A program made the position numbers and the translations under genes. From contig CAYPSN010000002.1 in assembly GCA_964413715.1 (NCBI GenBank), forward strand, positions 850 through 64,849: DNA of 64,000 nucleotides, given 5' to 3'. This DNA is from an uncultured Candidatus Saccharibacteria bacterium. Its GTDB lineage: Bacteria > Patescibacteriota > Saccharimonadia > CAILAD01 > JADZBC01. Each line of letters starts with the position of its first letter. Position 1 is the stretch's first letter. The notes under the pieces are model-generated. The model saw nothing but the letters and a program-made list of their open reading frames with translations, had not been told where the DNA came from and searched no databases. Shown one piece after another: positions 26,309 through 36,209 of the stretch.

Positions 26309-28117
26309 TTAATAATCACTGGCAACTCTCGATACTTCTTCGATAGTCGTAATACCCATCAGCACCTTCAATATGCCATCTTGCTGCATGGTCAACATGC
26401 CATCAGCTTGCGCTTGTTTTTGAATATCCGCAGTAGTCGCGTGACTCAACAGAAGCTTCTCCATGGCCGAGTTCATTTCGAACACTTCATAGATGCCAGT
26501 TCTGCCCTTGTAGCCATCAGCACACTGCGTGCAGCCCTCCCCCTTGTACAAAGTATAAGCTTTTTCGTTATAGATTGGCAAATTGTCATAGCCTAATTCT
26601 TCGGCTTTGGCAGCCGACTCAGACTCGCTTTTGGGTAGCACTGCGCCAAGCGAGCGATTGATCATTTGCGTAGCGGCTTCGCTCGACTCGAATGGCTTTT
26701 TGCAATTGTCGCAAACTTTGCGCACCAAGCGCTGGCCAATTACCGTATTGATAGTGGAAGCGATCAGGAATGGCTCGATTTCCATGTCTAACATACGCGG
26801 CAGAACGCCCGAAGCCGAATTGGTGTGCAGCGTAGAAAGCACCACGTGGCCCGTGAGCGATGCCTGTACTGCCAAATCAGCGGTTTCATGATCACGGATC
26901 TCACCCACCATAATCACGTTCGGGTCTTGACGCAAAATCGAACGTAAGCCCGAAGCAAACGTTAGGCCGACGGCTGTATTAACTTGGATTTGATTGATAC
27001 CTTCCATTTTGTATTCAACCGGGTCTTCGAGCGTTACGATGTTGATGGCAACATCTTTGATCTCCTGAATGACTGCATATAGCGTGGTCGACTTACCCGA
27101 TCCGGTCGGCCCCGTGGAAAGGATCATACCGTGTGGCTTTTTCATACCCTGCTCAATGAGCTTGAGCGAACGACCCTTAAACCCAAGACTATCGAGTGAC
27201 ATGAGTGCTTCGCTCTTGTCTAGCAAACGAATAACCACCTGCTCGCCATACGTAATAGGTGCAATTGCGATACGCAAATCCACCTCTCTACCCCCCACCT
27301 TATACTGCGCCTGACCGTCTTGCGGTATGCGGTGTTCGTCAATTTTTAAATTCGATAGGATTTTGATACGCGAAATCAGCGGTGGCTCGGTAGTTTTTGG
27401 CAACGTCATGGCGTCTTGCAAGATACCGTCGATGCGAAAACGGATTTTGAGTTCCTGCTCTCTTGGCTCGATGTGAATATCTGAAGCCTTTGAATTGATG
27501 GCGTATTCCAAGATTGCATTCAGAGCACGCGTAATCGGCGCGTCTTGGACTAAGTTTTCTACCTCTTTGGCGGTGTCCTTAAACGACTTGGCTTTGCTTT
27601 CTTTATCATCAGTCGCGGCCTGCTTGGCAGTCGCAGCCTGCGCTTGGTCCAACACTTGCGCCACCTCGGCACCAAGTCCTTCGGTGTAATTACCTAGCAC
27701 CGCATCAATTTGCGGCTTGGTCGTCATATATGTTTCGAGGCTATAGCCGGTTTTGCGAGAAATAAAATCAACGGCTTGTAGATTCGATGGGTCCACCATC
27801 GCCACGGCCAACTTATTACCGGCTTTAATCTCAAATGGCACAGCCATATAGGTAGCGGCTACGTCACGAGGCAGAAGCTTGAGCACCTTTTGGTCGATCT
27901 GGCGATCTTTTAAGTCCACGAAAGGCGTGCCCGAGGTAAGGGCAATAATCTTCGTACTATCCTCATCACTAATTAACTTCCGCTCCACGAGTACCTCTAT
28001 CAGGGTTCGGCCCTTGGTTTCTGCCTCTTTTTTGGCATCCAAAAACAGCCGATCATCGATAAGCTTATTGTCGGCGATCAGTTTTTCGATCTTCTGTGCT
28101 GTGTCGCTAGAAAGCAC
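26309..28117 (-). CDS. pilB: type IV pilus extension ATPase PilB (GspE family)
   Basis: GSPII_E N-domain, GPTGSGKSTTLYAV Walker A, tetracysteine CDNC..CTQC; GTG start after AAAGGGGA. Confidence 0.9.
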   Translation of the reverse strand: MLSSDTAQKIEKLIADNKLIDDRLFLDAKKEAETKGRTLIEVLVERKLISDEDSTKIIALTSGTPFVDLKDRQIDQKVLKLLPRDVAATYMAVPFEIKAGNKLAVAMVDPSNLQAVDFISRKTGYSLETYMTTKPQIDAVLGNYTEGLGAEVAQVLDQAQAATAKQAATDDKESKAKSFKDTAKEVENLVQDAPITRALNAILEYAINSKASDIHIEPREQELKIRFRIDGILQDAMTLPKTTEPPLISRIKILSNLKIDEHRIPQDGQAQYKVGGREVDLRIAIAPITYGEQVVIRLLDKSEALMSLDSLGFKGRSLKLIEQGMKKPHGMILSTGPTGSGKSTTLYAVIQEIKDVAINIVTLEDPVEYKMEGINQIQVNTAVGLTFASGLRSILRQDPNVIMVGEIRDHETADLAVQASLTGHVVLSTLHTNSASGVLPRMLDMEIEPFLIASTINTVIGQRLVRKVCDNCKKPFESSEAATQMINRSLGAVLPKSESESAAKAEELGYDNLPIYNEKAYTLYKGEGCTQCADGYKGRTGIYEVFEMNSAMEKLLLSHATTADIQKQAQADGMLTMQQDGILKVLMGITTIEEVSRVASDY

Positions 28118-28130
28118 CGGCTTATCCCCT

Positions 28131-28370
28131 TTACTGGATTATTGGTTTGGCGGCGGAATCAGTTGGTGTAATGTCTGGTGTAAAGTCAGTGACGTTATTC
28201 TTGAGCGTATCAAGCTGCTGTTGGTTAAAAGTTGCTTGCACCGGCCGCGGCACTACCACCTGCACACCATTGTCTTTTGCCGGCGGCACGAAGTAGCGGT
28301 AAATCAACGCGCCTGCGATGAGCAGTATTACCACACTGACTACCAATGTTATGATGTCTCGCTTTTTCAT
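28131..28370 (-). CDS. small single-TM protein in pilus operon (79 aa)
   Basis: ITLVVSVVILLIAGALIYRYF; 4-bp overlap with pilO. Confidence 0.45.
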   Translation of the reverse strand: MKKRDIITLVVSVVILLIAGALIYRYFVPPAKDNGVQVVVPRPVQATFNQQQLDTLKNNVTDFTPDITPTDSAAKPIIQ

Positions 28371-29035
28371 TGTAGTGGCTCCGTTTTACTCGAAATGTCA
28401 GCGGGTGGCTGCCAATACGTTTTCATACTCAAACTTGCCGTAACGGTACCGGAATTGCCCGACAACGTCATGTTTGTAAAGTTCATGACTCTTGCTGAGC
28501 GTTCGGTGTTTTGTAGGAAGGTAAATATTTTGTCATAGGGTCCTTCAAGATTGACTGAAAAGCCAAGCGTTTGGGCGCCGCTCGCCGACGCAGTTGCACT
28601 CGCTGCTGCAGAAGTACTTTGGCTAACAGACGTAACCTTTACGCCACTTTCAAGGCCTATTCTCTCAAGTGAAGCAATTAAGCTTTTGTAGTCTTCGTTG
28701 GTTGGTACAGCTCTGAGCACTAAATCGGCATCGCTAATTCCGCCATCGGCTTTTTGGGTAATGTTGGCATAAGCTGACTTCAAAGCCTCGAGGTCCGTCT
28801 GTTTTTGCTTAAGCAGTGAGATTTGCTTATCCTGAGCCTTAACCTCGTTAGCACCCCGCACATATGATTTACCGAGAGAATAGATGAAGTAACCACCGAT
28901 TATGACCGCAGCTGCCGACACTATTCCCATTACGGCTAGGAAGTTTTTGGTGTCCATCTTCTGCTGCATCGAAACTGGGGTTTTGGGATGCTCAACGGCT
29001 TTCGGTGCTACACTGGGTTTTTCTTGAGGGCTCAT
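28367..29035 (-). CDS. pilO: PilO-like pilus inner-membrane alignment protein
   Basis: Single TM followed by a coiled-coil region, in the pilM-N-O position. Confidence 0.55.
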   Translation of the reverse strand: MSPQEKPSVAPKAVEHPKTPVSMQQKMDTKNFLAVMGIVSAAAVIIGGYFIYSLGKSYVRGANEVKAQDKQISLLKQKQTDLEALKSAYANITQKADGGISDADLVLRAVPTNEDYKSLIASLERIGLESGVKVTSVSQSTSAAASATASASGAQTLGFSVNLEGPYDKIFTFLQNTERSARVMNFTNMTLSGNSGTVTASLSMKTYWQPPADISSKTEPLQ

Positions 29036-29640
29036 GAGCTTTTTCCTCCCTTTGTCTTAAACAAACTTGGGTCGACCTTAAATGTCATGCTAAAGGTAAC
29101 TTTCGAAGAGCTGTTGTCTTTGCTAACGGAGGTGATTTTAACACCGCTAAAGAGTTGTTTGCGATCTAAGTTTTCCTGCGGCTTGAAGTTTACGTTGTAC
29201 TCTTCCAGTGCCTTCGAGAACACACTAACCTCTTTGATGCTCGAGGTGCTGCCACTAATGGTGGCGGTATAGTCATCGGCGAGCGCAAAGCTTGATACTG
29301 TTACGTCAGACGGAATGGTGTTACCAAAATTGCTGAAGATTTCACTCGCGTATAGCCGACTGCTATGGAGAGAATAAAACGTTGCGAGGTGTTCTTGAAT
29401 TGTGGCGGCCTGCTGCTCCATGTCCTTTGATTTGGTAACGTCTTCGTTAAGGCCATTAATAGTACCCTTGTTGGCCTGCGCCACGGTAGCGTTGTAGGCC
29501 ATAAGGAGCAAAAGCGTACCGATAATCGTTGCAATCACCACGCACACAGCTATCATGATGGTCATGGCCAGCTTCTTACGCTTTTCATCACGCAACTTGG
29601 CAACACGTGCTTCTGGCAAGAGATTAATCAAAACCGACAT
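29032..29640 (-). CDS. pilN: PilN-like fimbrial assembly protein
   Basis: MSVLINLLPE start typical of PilN, followed by a TM. Confidence 0.65.
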   Translation of the reverse strand: MSVLINLLPEARVAKLRDEKRKKLAMTIMIAVCVVIATIIGTLLLLMAYNATVAQANKGTINGLNEDVTKSKDMEQQAATIQEHLATFYSLHSSRLYASEIFSNFGNTIPSDVTVSSFALADDYTATISGSTSSIKEVSVFSKALEEYNVNFKPQENLDRKQLFSGVKITSVSKDNSSSKVTFSMTFKVDPSLFKTKGGKSS

Positions 29641-29641
29641 G

Positions 29642-30685
29642 CTATACCATCCCCCGCATAGCTAAGCCCAAAGCACTACTGTACGACAACGACAGCGGCA
29701 AAAGCTTGGCTTCTAGATTGGCTGGGTAACTAACGTTATTCCACGGATTGCCTATTTCAACCGTCACGCCAATGGCATTTGCCAAGTAGGCTGGCAAACC
29801 TGGGAGCGCCGCGGTTCCGCCAGTAATGATGAGTTTGGAGACTTTAACGTCTGGATTTGATTCATGAAAGTAGTTAAGTGACTTGGTAATTTCACCGATT
29901 ATGGAATCCACCGCTGGCTTCAAAGCAGCAAACACTTGCCCTTCAAGCTTGGTATGCACCAAACCAAATTTTTGCATAAACTGCTCGGCTTGTTGTTCAT
30001 CCAGGCTAAGGTTCTGGGCAAGAACGCGCACCATCGTGCGAGAGCCAACGTTGACAGAACGTATAAGCCGCGTTGCCTGGCCAGTAACAATCGCCATGTC
30101 TGTAGCAACTGAGCCAAAATCCAAGATCATCAGTGGCTCGTGATCTATTGGCAAGAGTGAGCGGGTTTGTGCAATTGGGTTGATTTCGAGGGCGAGCAGT
30201 TCTAAGCCAGCTTTTTGCATGATGTTGAGGTATTTGTTGGCAAGCGAAATTGGTGCAGCAACCAACAGAACCTCTACCTCGCTATCCTCGCTACCCTGTT
30301 TGGGGCCTAGCACAGCCCAATCCAACTTAACCTGATCAATCGGCATAGGTATGTATTTGTCAGCCTGAAACCGTACGGCATTCGCCAGCTCATCATGTGG
30401 TAGCTTCGGCATCGGCACTACAGCGGCGTAGGCAAAATTAGAAGGCAGCGCTGCCACTACGTTCTTTGTAGAAACGCGTGCATCCTCTACCAACTGCTTG
30501 ACCATCTGCGCCAGCTTATCTTGATCAATTGGCGAATCACTGGCCAACAGGTTAGGTGGCAATTCCATATCACCATAGGTAAGCAGGCTTGGCTTGCCGT
30601 GCATCTGTTTTAGTTGGACGAGCTTGATGCTGCTGGCACCAAGGTCAAGTCCAAAAAAGTTTTCTTCTTCGGTAAATAGACTCAT
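29642..30685 (-). CDS. pilM: type IV pilus assembly ATPase-fold protein PilM
   Basis: FFGLDLGASSIKLVQL actin-like fold N-terminus; 347 aa. Confidence 0.85.
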   Translation of the reverse strand: MSLFTEEENFFGLDLGASSIKLVQLKQMHGKPSLLTYGDMELPPNLLASDSPIDQDKLAQMVKQLVEDARVSTKNVVAALPSNFAYAAVVPMPKLPHDELANAVRFQADKYIPMPIDQVKLDWAVLGPKQGSEDSEVEVLLVAAPISLANKYLNIMQKAGLELLALEINPIAQTRSLLPIDHEPLMILDFGSVATDMAIVTGQATRLIRSVNVGSRTMVRVLAQNLSLDEQQAEQFMQKFGLVHTKLEGQVFAALKPAVDSIIGEITKSLNYFHESNPDVKVSKLIITGGTAALPGLPAYLANAIGVTVEIGNPWNNVSYPANLEAKLLPLSLSYSSALGLAMRGMV

Positions 30686-30746
30686 ATACCTTATATTAGC
30701 ATAAGTACTATGAACTCAATAGCTTCTTTTTAGATATTCCTACAAC

Positions 30747-33700
30747 TCAGAAGCGTGGATTACCGTTAGTGGTAAGATACTTAACTCCTCGTACGTTTTG
30801 GCTGTAAATATCTACGAAGCCGGGTGGCGGGAATGCCTCTACAAGGCCTGAGCCGATAATGAGCTCTGCTGGAGTATTTGCTCCGTATACATTTCTACCA
30901 AACTCAAATCCCTTGCCTGCCGCAAGCATACCACGTACTTTCAGTTGTTTATTACATGCTTCGCTTGGGTAGGTTGGACCGGCTGGGGTACTCTTTAAAC
31001 CAGAGCAGGTCCGAATTTTGCCACTTGCATATATGGACATATCCAACTGGGTGACATTTGGCTCGATATAGATATCTCCTTTAACAATCAAGCCGACATT
31101 AGGGATCTTATTGATTGCTTGGTAAGAACCATACTGGACAATGTTATTATTTCCTATTCTCAAATCGCCCTCTACATAAAGTGTTGCTCTGTCCTGATTG
31201 AAGAAATGAGGGGCATCAAAGTTATTCGAGTTGGCTTTCCCTATAATCGGGCAGTCCGCTGTTGCGCCAAAACCTCCGTTTGCGCTTGATTGCGTGCCCT
31301 GAAATACGGTCTTTAAATCGAGTGAAACCTTATAAGGCTTCGACGCAGAGCAAGGGCCATCATATGCTCCGCCCGCAAATATCTTCTCAACTCCAGTTAT
31401 CACCGGGTCATTCGTGAAATCAGCAGTGCTATTAAACCTATAGCCATTACTATAAGAACAAGTTGGACTATCTGGCCCCGATAAACCCAAGTTGTACTTC
31501 GGAATACTACAGAAGTTTGTTGAAACATAAGAATTATCTTGAGTTAAGTACGCCATGACTACATAGTCGGCCGAATTAATGCCCGCTCCAGCTAGGGTAC
31601 TGCGTTGGCCAAGTATTCTGCCCAGCGCCAGAACATTACCTTTGCGAGTTTGCAGCCAAGGTCCATATTTTACTTCACTCGGAGGAGGATCAAAGTAAAA
31701 TACGACGGTGGGTGTCTGACCCTCACAGACCCTTACATTAACCGCTCCAACAGAAGAGAAAGTTTCCACACCCTTGGCGTGTGAACCACACTGATCTGGA
31801 TAGGTCACCTCAATCTTCTTAAGCGACCAATCCGTAACGCCGCCATTAACCCCAGCGCTATATACACCAACATCAAGCTTATCTTTCAGCTCTTGTCCGC
31901 CCCACAGCTTCGAAGCATTAGGCACCCCATTAACTATATCCGCCGAGCAGCGCACTGAATAATCAACTGAGGGAGTAAAATCCTTCTGGCCCTTAAGGCA
32001 ATAGAATCGCTTTTTCTCTTCTAGGGTTACATCTGGTGGTACTTTCCAGTCAACTGAATAGCCTGCTCCGTCTTTTATTTTAGATAATGACCAGATTTGA
32101 CCTTTAGGGCCTTCTAGCGGTGGCTTTTTCGTAAAGTACACCCGAATCGTAAAGCCCTTAGCGCCGTTTGCTATGCCAGTGTAGTATTGCTGTGGGATCT
32201 GATACTGGCCACTTGTCGATGAAGCTGTGTATCCTGCATAGCTGCTTGAAGCGTACTCAACTTTCAAGTAGAAAAGGCTTTTGTTGGCATAATCCGCACT
32301 GCTAAGTTCTTCGTAACCACTCGGCGCGCCAAAATTAAACCGCCAAGACGTGTAGCACGTTAAGCCAAAGTTCCAAGGATTCGGGTGGAATGGTGCGTCA
32401 TAAGTAATCTGTCCGCTATTAATGCCGCCATATGAAACATTAACCCCGTAAGCATTCGTGCCTGCGGCTGGCTCGTCCTTACATGGAGTCTTGATATCTC
32501 CGGTACTAGTGATCTTTATTTGCCCACTATTGCTCTGGATAATGCTTTTAGTGGCTGCATCACGATACTCCACGCTAAACGGCAATTTATGGGAATCTCC
32601 ATAGCAGGTAATGCTGTTCGGCGTAGCAGCATGGGCGGCAGGCACAAATAACCTTAAAGCGCGACTTAGCACGCCAGAAACAAATGACAATCCCTGACCT
32701 GTTTCCTGGGGCTTCTTCTCTACTTTGTCAGGTTCTGGTAGCTTGGCATATGAACGATCCACTTTAGCAGCCTCTAGAGCTTTTGCCAGGAGCTCATCAT
32801 ATGTGCCATAGCTGCCATTAAACTTCTTCGTAGCCCTATAGATTACATAGTAGCCAGTCTTGGACTTGAAGATTTTCGTATATTCGCCCTGCTCCAGGTT
32901 ATTTACGTACTGGGTCTCGTCCTCGCCCTCGCTATATTGCTGAAATGTTTTATAAATCTCACTGTTAAAACGAGCTAACTTCAAAACGCGAGAAGGTGGA
33001 TTGCCTAAATCAATTGTTTTTGCATCAAAGTCTTCTGTAGTAGTGTTGCCATTAATGTCTGCCTGCTGCTCAATCGTTGCGTCATCGGCCTTCTGCTCGA
33101 AGAGTGGTAAAAACTGCTTGGTTAATTTCGCAACTGCTTTGTTTTCAACGCTGTCCTGCAACGCCTTGTCTTGGCCTAGTGCGACGTCCCATCGCACATA
33201 TACACCGAAGAGCTCATGGCCAGCTATAAGGTCGTCCTGCAAAAGCTCCTTATAATACTCGAGGCACTGCTGATGAGCACTGACTTGCTCAGTCCAGCCA
33301 TACTGGCTCTTGAGCTTTGAATAGTAGGCACTCCTGCCTCCCTCAGAGCTATAGTTATCCTTCAATAACTCATCGACTTTAGTTTGATCGCAATATTGCT
33401 TGCCGAGTTTTTTAGCCTCATCTTGCAATGCTAGTCGTAAAATAACTTCATCGGCAGCACGGCGCTCGGTTTTTGCAGCATCAACATTTTTACCAGCAGC
33501 ACTTGCCTGATCAAACTTAATGTAGGCAGATTTGATTTCGTCAAAATTTTTTTGACTTTCAGATTGCGTACCAACGATTGCGTATGTGCCTTTGGGTGGA
33601 TAGTTGCGGTTGTTCCACGTTTGCCACCCTATGTATGCACCGGCGACAACAAGAAGCGCCATAACACCCAATAAGACCTTGGGCCAACGGTGTTTTTTGG

Positions 33701-33788
33701 GCATAACGTGGCTTGTAGCTGCAGGAGAAGCATCGGCCTGCGCAACAGCCTCACTCAAAGTCTTTTTGGGCGGAGTAATATCGTTCAT
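30747..33788 (-). CDS. large N-terminally anchored extracellular protein (1013 aa), hypothetical, leading the pilM-pilB operon
   Basis: TM helix VLLGVMALLVVAGAYIGW, then a long Gly/Ser/Tyr/Asn-rich region with many Cys pairs; no recognised family. Confidence 0.5.
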   Translation of the reverse strand: MNDITPPKKTLSEAVAQADASPAATSHVMPKKHRWPKVLLGVMALLVVAGAYIGWQTWNNRNYPPKGTYAIVGTQSESQKNFDEIKSAYIKFDQASAAGKNVDAAKTERRAADEVILRLALQDEAKKLGKQYCDQTKVDELLKDNYSSEGGRSAYYSKLKSQYGWTEQVSAHQQCLEYYKELLQDDLIAGHELFGVYVRWDVALGQDKALQDSVENKAVAKLTKQFLPLFEQKADDATIEQQADINGNTTTEDFDAKTIDLGNPPSRVLKLARFNSEIYKTFQQYSEGEDETQYVNNLEQGEYTKIFKSKTGYYVIYRATKKFNGSYGTYDELLAKALEAAKVDRSYAKLPEPDKVEKKPQETGQGLSFVSGVLSRALRLFVPAAHAATPNSITCYGDSHKLPFSVEYRDAATKSIIQSNSGQIKITSTGDIKTPCKDEPAAGTNAYGVNVSYGGINSGQITYDAPFHPNPWNFGLTCYTSWRFNFGAPSGYEELSSADYANKSLFYLKVEYASSSYAGYTASSTSGQYQIPQQYYTGIANGAKGFTIRVYFTKKPPLEGPKGQIWSLSKIKDGAGYSVDWKVPPDVTLEEKKRFYCLKGQKDFTPSVDYSVRCSADIVNGVPNASKLWGGQELKDKLDVGVYSAGVNGGVTDWSLKKIEVTYPDQCGSHAKGVETFSSVGAVNVRVCEGQTPTVVFYFDPPPSEVKYGPWLQTRKGNVLALGRILGQRSTLAGAGINSADYVVMAYLTQDNSYVSTNFCSIPKYNLGLSGPDSPTCSYSNGYRFNSTADFTNDPVITGVEKIFAGGAYDGPCSASKPYKVSLDLKTVFQGTQSSANGGFGATADCPIIGKANSNNFDAPHFFNQDRATLYVEGDLRIGNNNIVQYGSYQAINKIPNVGLIVKGDIYIEPNVTQLDMSIYASGKIRTCSGLKSTPAGPTYPSEACNKQLKVRGMLAAGKGFEFGRNVYGANTPAELIIGSGLVEAFPPPGFVDIYSQNVRGVKYLTTNGNPRF

Positions 33789-33850
33789 CTATAGATAAAA
33801 AGCTTATGGTACTACTATAGTCCAGCCTACCCGCAATCTCAAGCCTAACC

Positions 33851-33859
33851 TGGTATAAT
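33851..33859 (+). promoter_or_regulatory. extended -10 element (TGgTATAAT) 6 nt upstream of ychF ATG; likely leaderless start
   Basis: TGGTATAAT at 33851-33859, ATG at 33866, no Shine-Dalgarno in between. Confidence 0.45.
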
Positions 33860-33865
33860 ATTCCT

Positions 33866-34942
33866 ATGAGTCTTTCGCTTGGCATAGTCGGACTGCCCAA
33901 CGTCGGCAAGTCCACACTGTTTAATGCCTTAACCAAAAACAATATTTTAGCTGCTAACTACCCATTCGCCACCATCGAGCCAAATGTGGGTGTGGTTGCC
34001 GTACCTGACGATAGACTTGGCAAGCTGGCCGAAATGTCTGGTTCGGTACAAACAATTCCCGCCAGCGTAACGTTTGTGGACATTGCGGGTATTGTGCGTG
34101 GCGCATCGGAAGGTGCGGGCCTAGGCAATAAATTCCTTGCCAACATTCGCGAAACGAACGCCATTGTACAAGTAGTGCGAGCCTTCAGCGACGATAATGT
34201 GATCCATGTGGAAGGCAAAGTCGACCCCAAAGACGATATCGATGCCATTCGCACCGAGCTGTGCTTAGCCGACATCTCGACCATCGAAAAACGCATTGAT
34301 GCAACGCGACGAGAAGCCAAGACTAACGCTAAAGCAAACATGATCGTGGCGGAACTAGAAGGTATTAAAACTAAACTCGACAGCGGTGAGCTCATTAGCC
34401 ACACTTACAGCGAACTGCCAGAATCAATTGCTGATTTGCAGCTGCTGACTGCCAAGCCATTTATTTACGTCTTTAACATGGATGAGGCTGGCTTAAGCGA
34501 CAAAGCGCAACAAGACGAACTCACCAAACTAGCTGGCTCTTCCCCAACTGTTTTCTTGTGTGCCAAAATCGAAGCCGAGCTTCAGGATTTACCATCCGAA
34601 GAAGCAAAAGAGCTACTACAAAGCCTTGGCCAACAGCAAAGTGGTCTCGACAGCTTGGTGCAGATTGGCTACAAAATTCTTGGTCTACAAACGTACTTTA
34701 CCAGCGGACCTAAAGAATCACGCGCCTGGACTATCCACGCCGGCGACACTGCCCCAGAGGCAGCAGGTGTAATTCATACGGATTTTGAAAAAGGCTTCAT
34801 AAAAGCCGAGGTAACCGGCTTCGAAGATATAGTTACAGCTGGCGGTTTCGCCGAAGCCAAGGCTGCCGGCAAGACTCGCCTAGAAGGCAAAGACTACATC
34901 ATGCACGACGGCGATGTTGTGGTGTTTCGATTTAGCAACTAA
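33866..34942 (+). CDS. ychF: ribosome-binding ATPase YchF
   Basis: MSLSLGIVGLPNVGKSTLFNALT; TGS C-terminal domain. Confidence 0.9.
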   Translation: MSLSLGIVGLPNVGKSTLFNALTKNNILAANYPFATIEPNVGVVAVPDDRLGKLAEMSGSVQTIPASVTFVDIAGIVRGASEGAGLGNKFLANIRETNAIVQVVRAFSDDNVIHVEGKVDPKDDIDAIRTELCLADISTIEKRIDATRREAKTNAKANMIVAELEGIKTKLDSGELISHTYSELPESIADLQLLTAKPFIYVFNMDEAGLSDKAQQDELTKLAGSSPTVFLCAKIEAELQDLPSEEAKELLQSLGQQQSGLDSLVQIGYKILGLQTYFTSGPKESRAWTIHAGDTAPEAAGVIHTDFEKGFIKAEVTGFEDIVTAGGFAEAKAAGKTRLEGKDYIMHDGDVVVFRFSN

Positions 34943-35370
34943 TGCATAGATTACATCGAATCGCAAAATTGCTTCACGGCTCCATGCATGACCTAAGCTT
35001 AAAGACACCTATGCTAAATGGGTTCCCAAAAGGAAAATGTGACTATGCTTCCACCATCAGCCTAGTTGTCTTGTATTGTAACGACTTCAAGGGGGTGTCC
35101 TATATCAATCAAATCGACGAGGACTATATGGATAACCACGTCTGGCTGGAATATATGGAGTACTGCATAGATCTAACTATTGATCAATTTACCAATGAAA
35201 TTCCGCTTGTTTCTGATGGGGTATGGCAAAGAACGAACTTCCCGCACAGCTCAAGCAATTCAATTACTGACAGTGAGTGTGCATACGTAAAATGCCTTGA
35301 GCTATTAGAGCAATGGGGGCTAGTTTACGCGCTAGAACACATCCAAGCTAGGATTGATGCATCAAACTGA
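34942..35370 (+). CDS. hypothetical protein (142 aa), low GC, TAATG-coupled to ychF
   Basis: ORF only; His-rich N-terminus; no recognisable family. Confidence 0.4.
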   Translation: MHRLHRIAKLLHGSMHDLSLKTPMLNGFPKGKCDYASTISLVVLYCNDFKGVSYINQIDEDYMDNHVWLEYMEYCIDLTIDQFTNEIPLVSDGVWQRTNFPHSSSNSITDSECAYVKCLELLEQWGLVYALEHIQARIDASN

Positions 35371-35399
35371 TATTAGACTGGCCAACGAATGCATAGCAG

Positions 35400-35606
35400 C
35401 TATTTTTTGTTAATTTTTAGGGCTAAGTAGACAAGTAAAATGACAGTTATGGTTAAGAATGAGAAAAGGGCAATACCTGTAGCGGGAAGCCTCATCGGCT
35501 CAGGCTGCAGAGCAACAGAGCCGCCACTACCCGGCTCTCGCCTATTCTCCAGGCGATAGTCTGTATCAATGCCCTTGGACTTTAAATATCTATCTACCCC
35601 ATTCAT
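35400..35606 (-). CDS. 68-aa ORF consisting largely of an LPXTG cell-wall sorting signal (possible gene remnant or mini-substrate)
   Basis: C-terminus LPATG-IALFSFLTITVILLVYLAL-KINKK is a textbook sortase signal. No N-terminal signal peptide; weak RBS. Confidence 0.3.
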   Translation of the reverse strand: MNGVDRYLKSKGIDTDYRLENRREPGSGGSVALQPEPMRLPATGIALFSFLTITVILLVYLALKINKK

Positions 35607-35642
35607 ACTTATAAGGCAACTCCGATTAAGCTCAATTATAGA

Positions 35643-36203
35643 CTATTTCGCGCGTTCTAAGTATTGGCCAGTGCGAGTATCAACTTTAACGCCGTCGCCG
35701 ACCTTAATGAACATTGGTACTTGAACTTCAATGCCTGTCTCGAGCGTAGCAGGTTTAGTCCCCCCACTAGATGTATTTCCTTTGTCAGCACCAGGGGTTT
35801 CGGTAACCTTAATAACAGTATTTTTTGGCAAATCGAAGCCGATAACTTGTCCCTTATAGATCAAGCCAGTAACTTCTGACCCCTCTGGAAAGTACTTAAC
35901 AATCGCTTCATCAATGTCGGCAGGAACTTCGTATTGATCAAAACTTACCATATCCATAAACGCCAAGTCATTGCCATTTGCATACAGGTATTGGAGCTGC
36001 GCGCGTTCGATACTGGCCGGAGCGACCTTTTCATCGTTTTTGAACGTTTTCTCCAACACGCTGCCATTAAGAAGATTCTTGATTTTCACCTTAACAGTAG
36101 CGCCGCCACGACCCATTTGAGTATGCGAATACTCTGTTACCCGATAAGGTACGCCGTCGAGATCGATCAATGTGTCTTTGCGTAAGTCGGTAATGCCGTA
36201 CAT
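35643..36203 (-). CDS. efp: elongation factor P
   Basis: 186 aa; KPGKGGA-like loop GRGGATVKVK and three OB domains. Confidence 0.9.
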   Translation of the reverse strand: MYGITDLRKDTLIDLDGVPYRVTEYSHTQMGRGGATVKVKIKNLLNGSVLEKTFKNDEKVAPASIERAQLQYLYANGNDLAFMDMVSFDQYEVPADIDEAIVKYFPEGSEVTGLIYKGQVIGFDLPKNTVIKVTETPGADKGNTSSGGTKPATLETGIEVQVPMFIKVGDGVKVDTRTGQYLERAK

Positions 36204-36209
36204 AAATTG

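Noticed and set aside
27879-28538. 219-aa plus-strand ORF across pilB and the small membrane-protein gene
   Set aside because: Antisense to pilB, whose Walker motifs are clear; no RBS.
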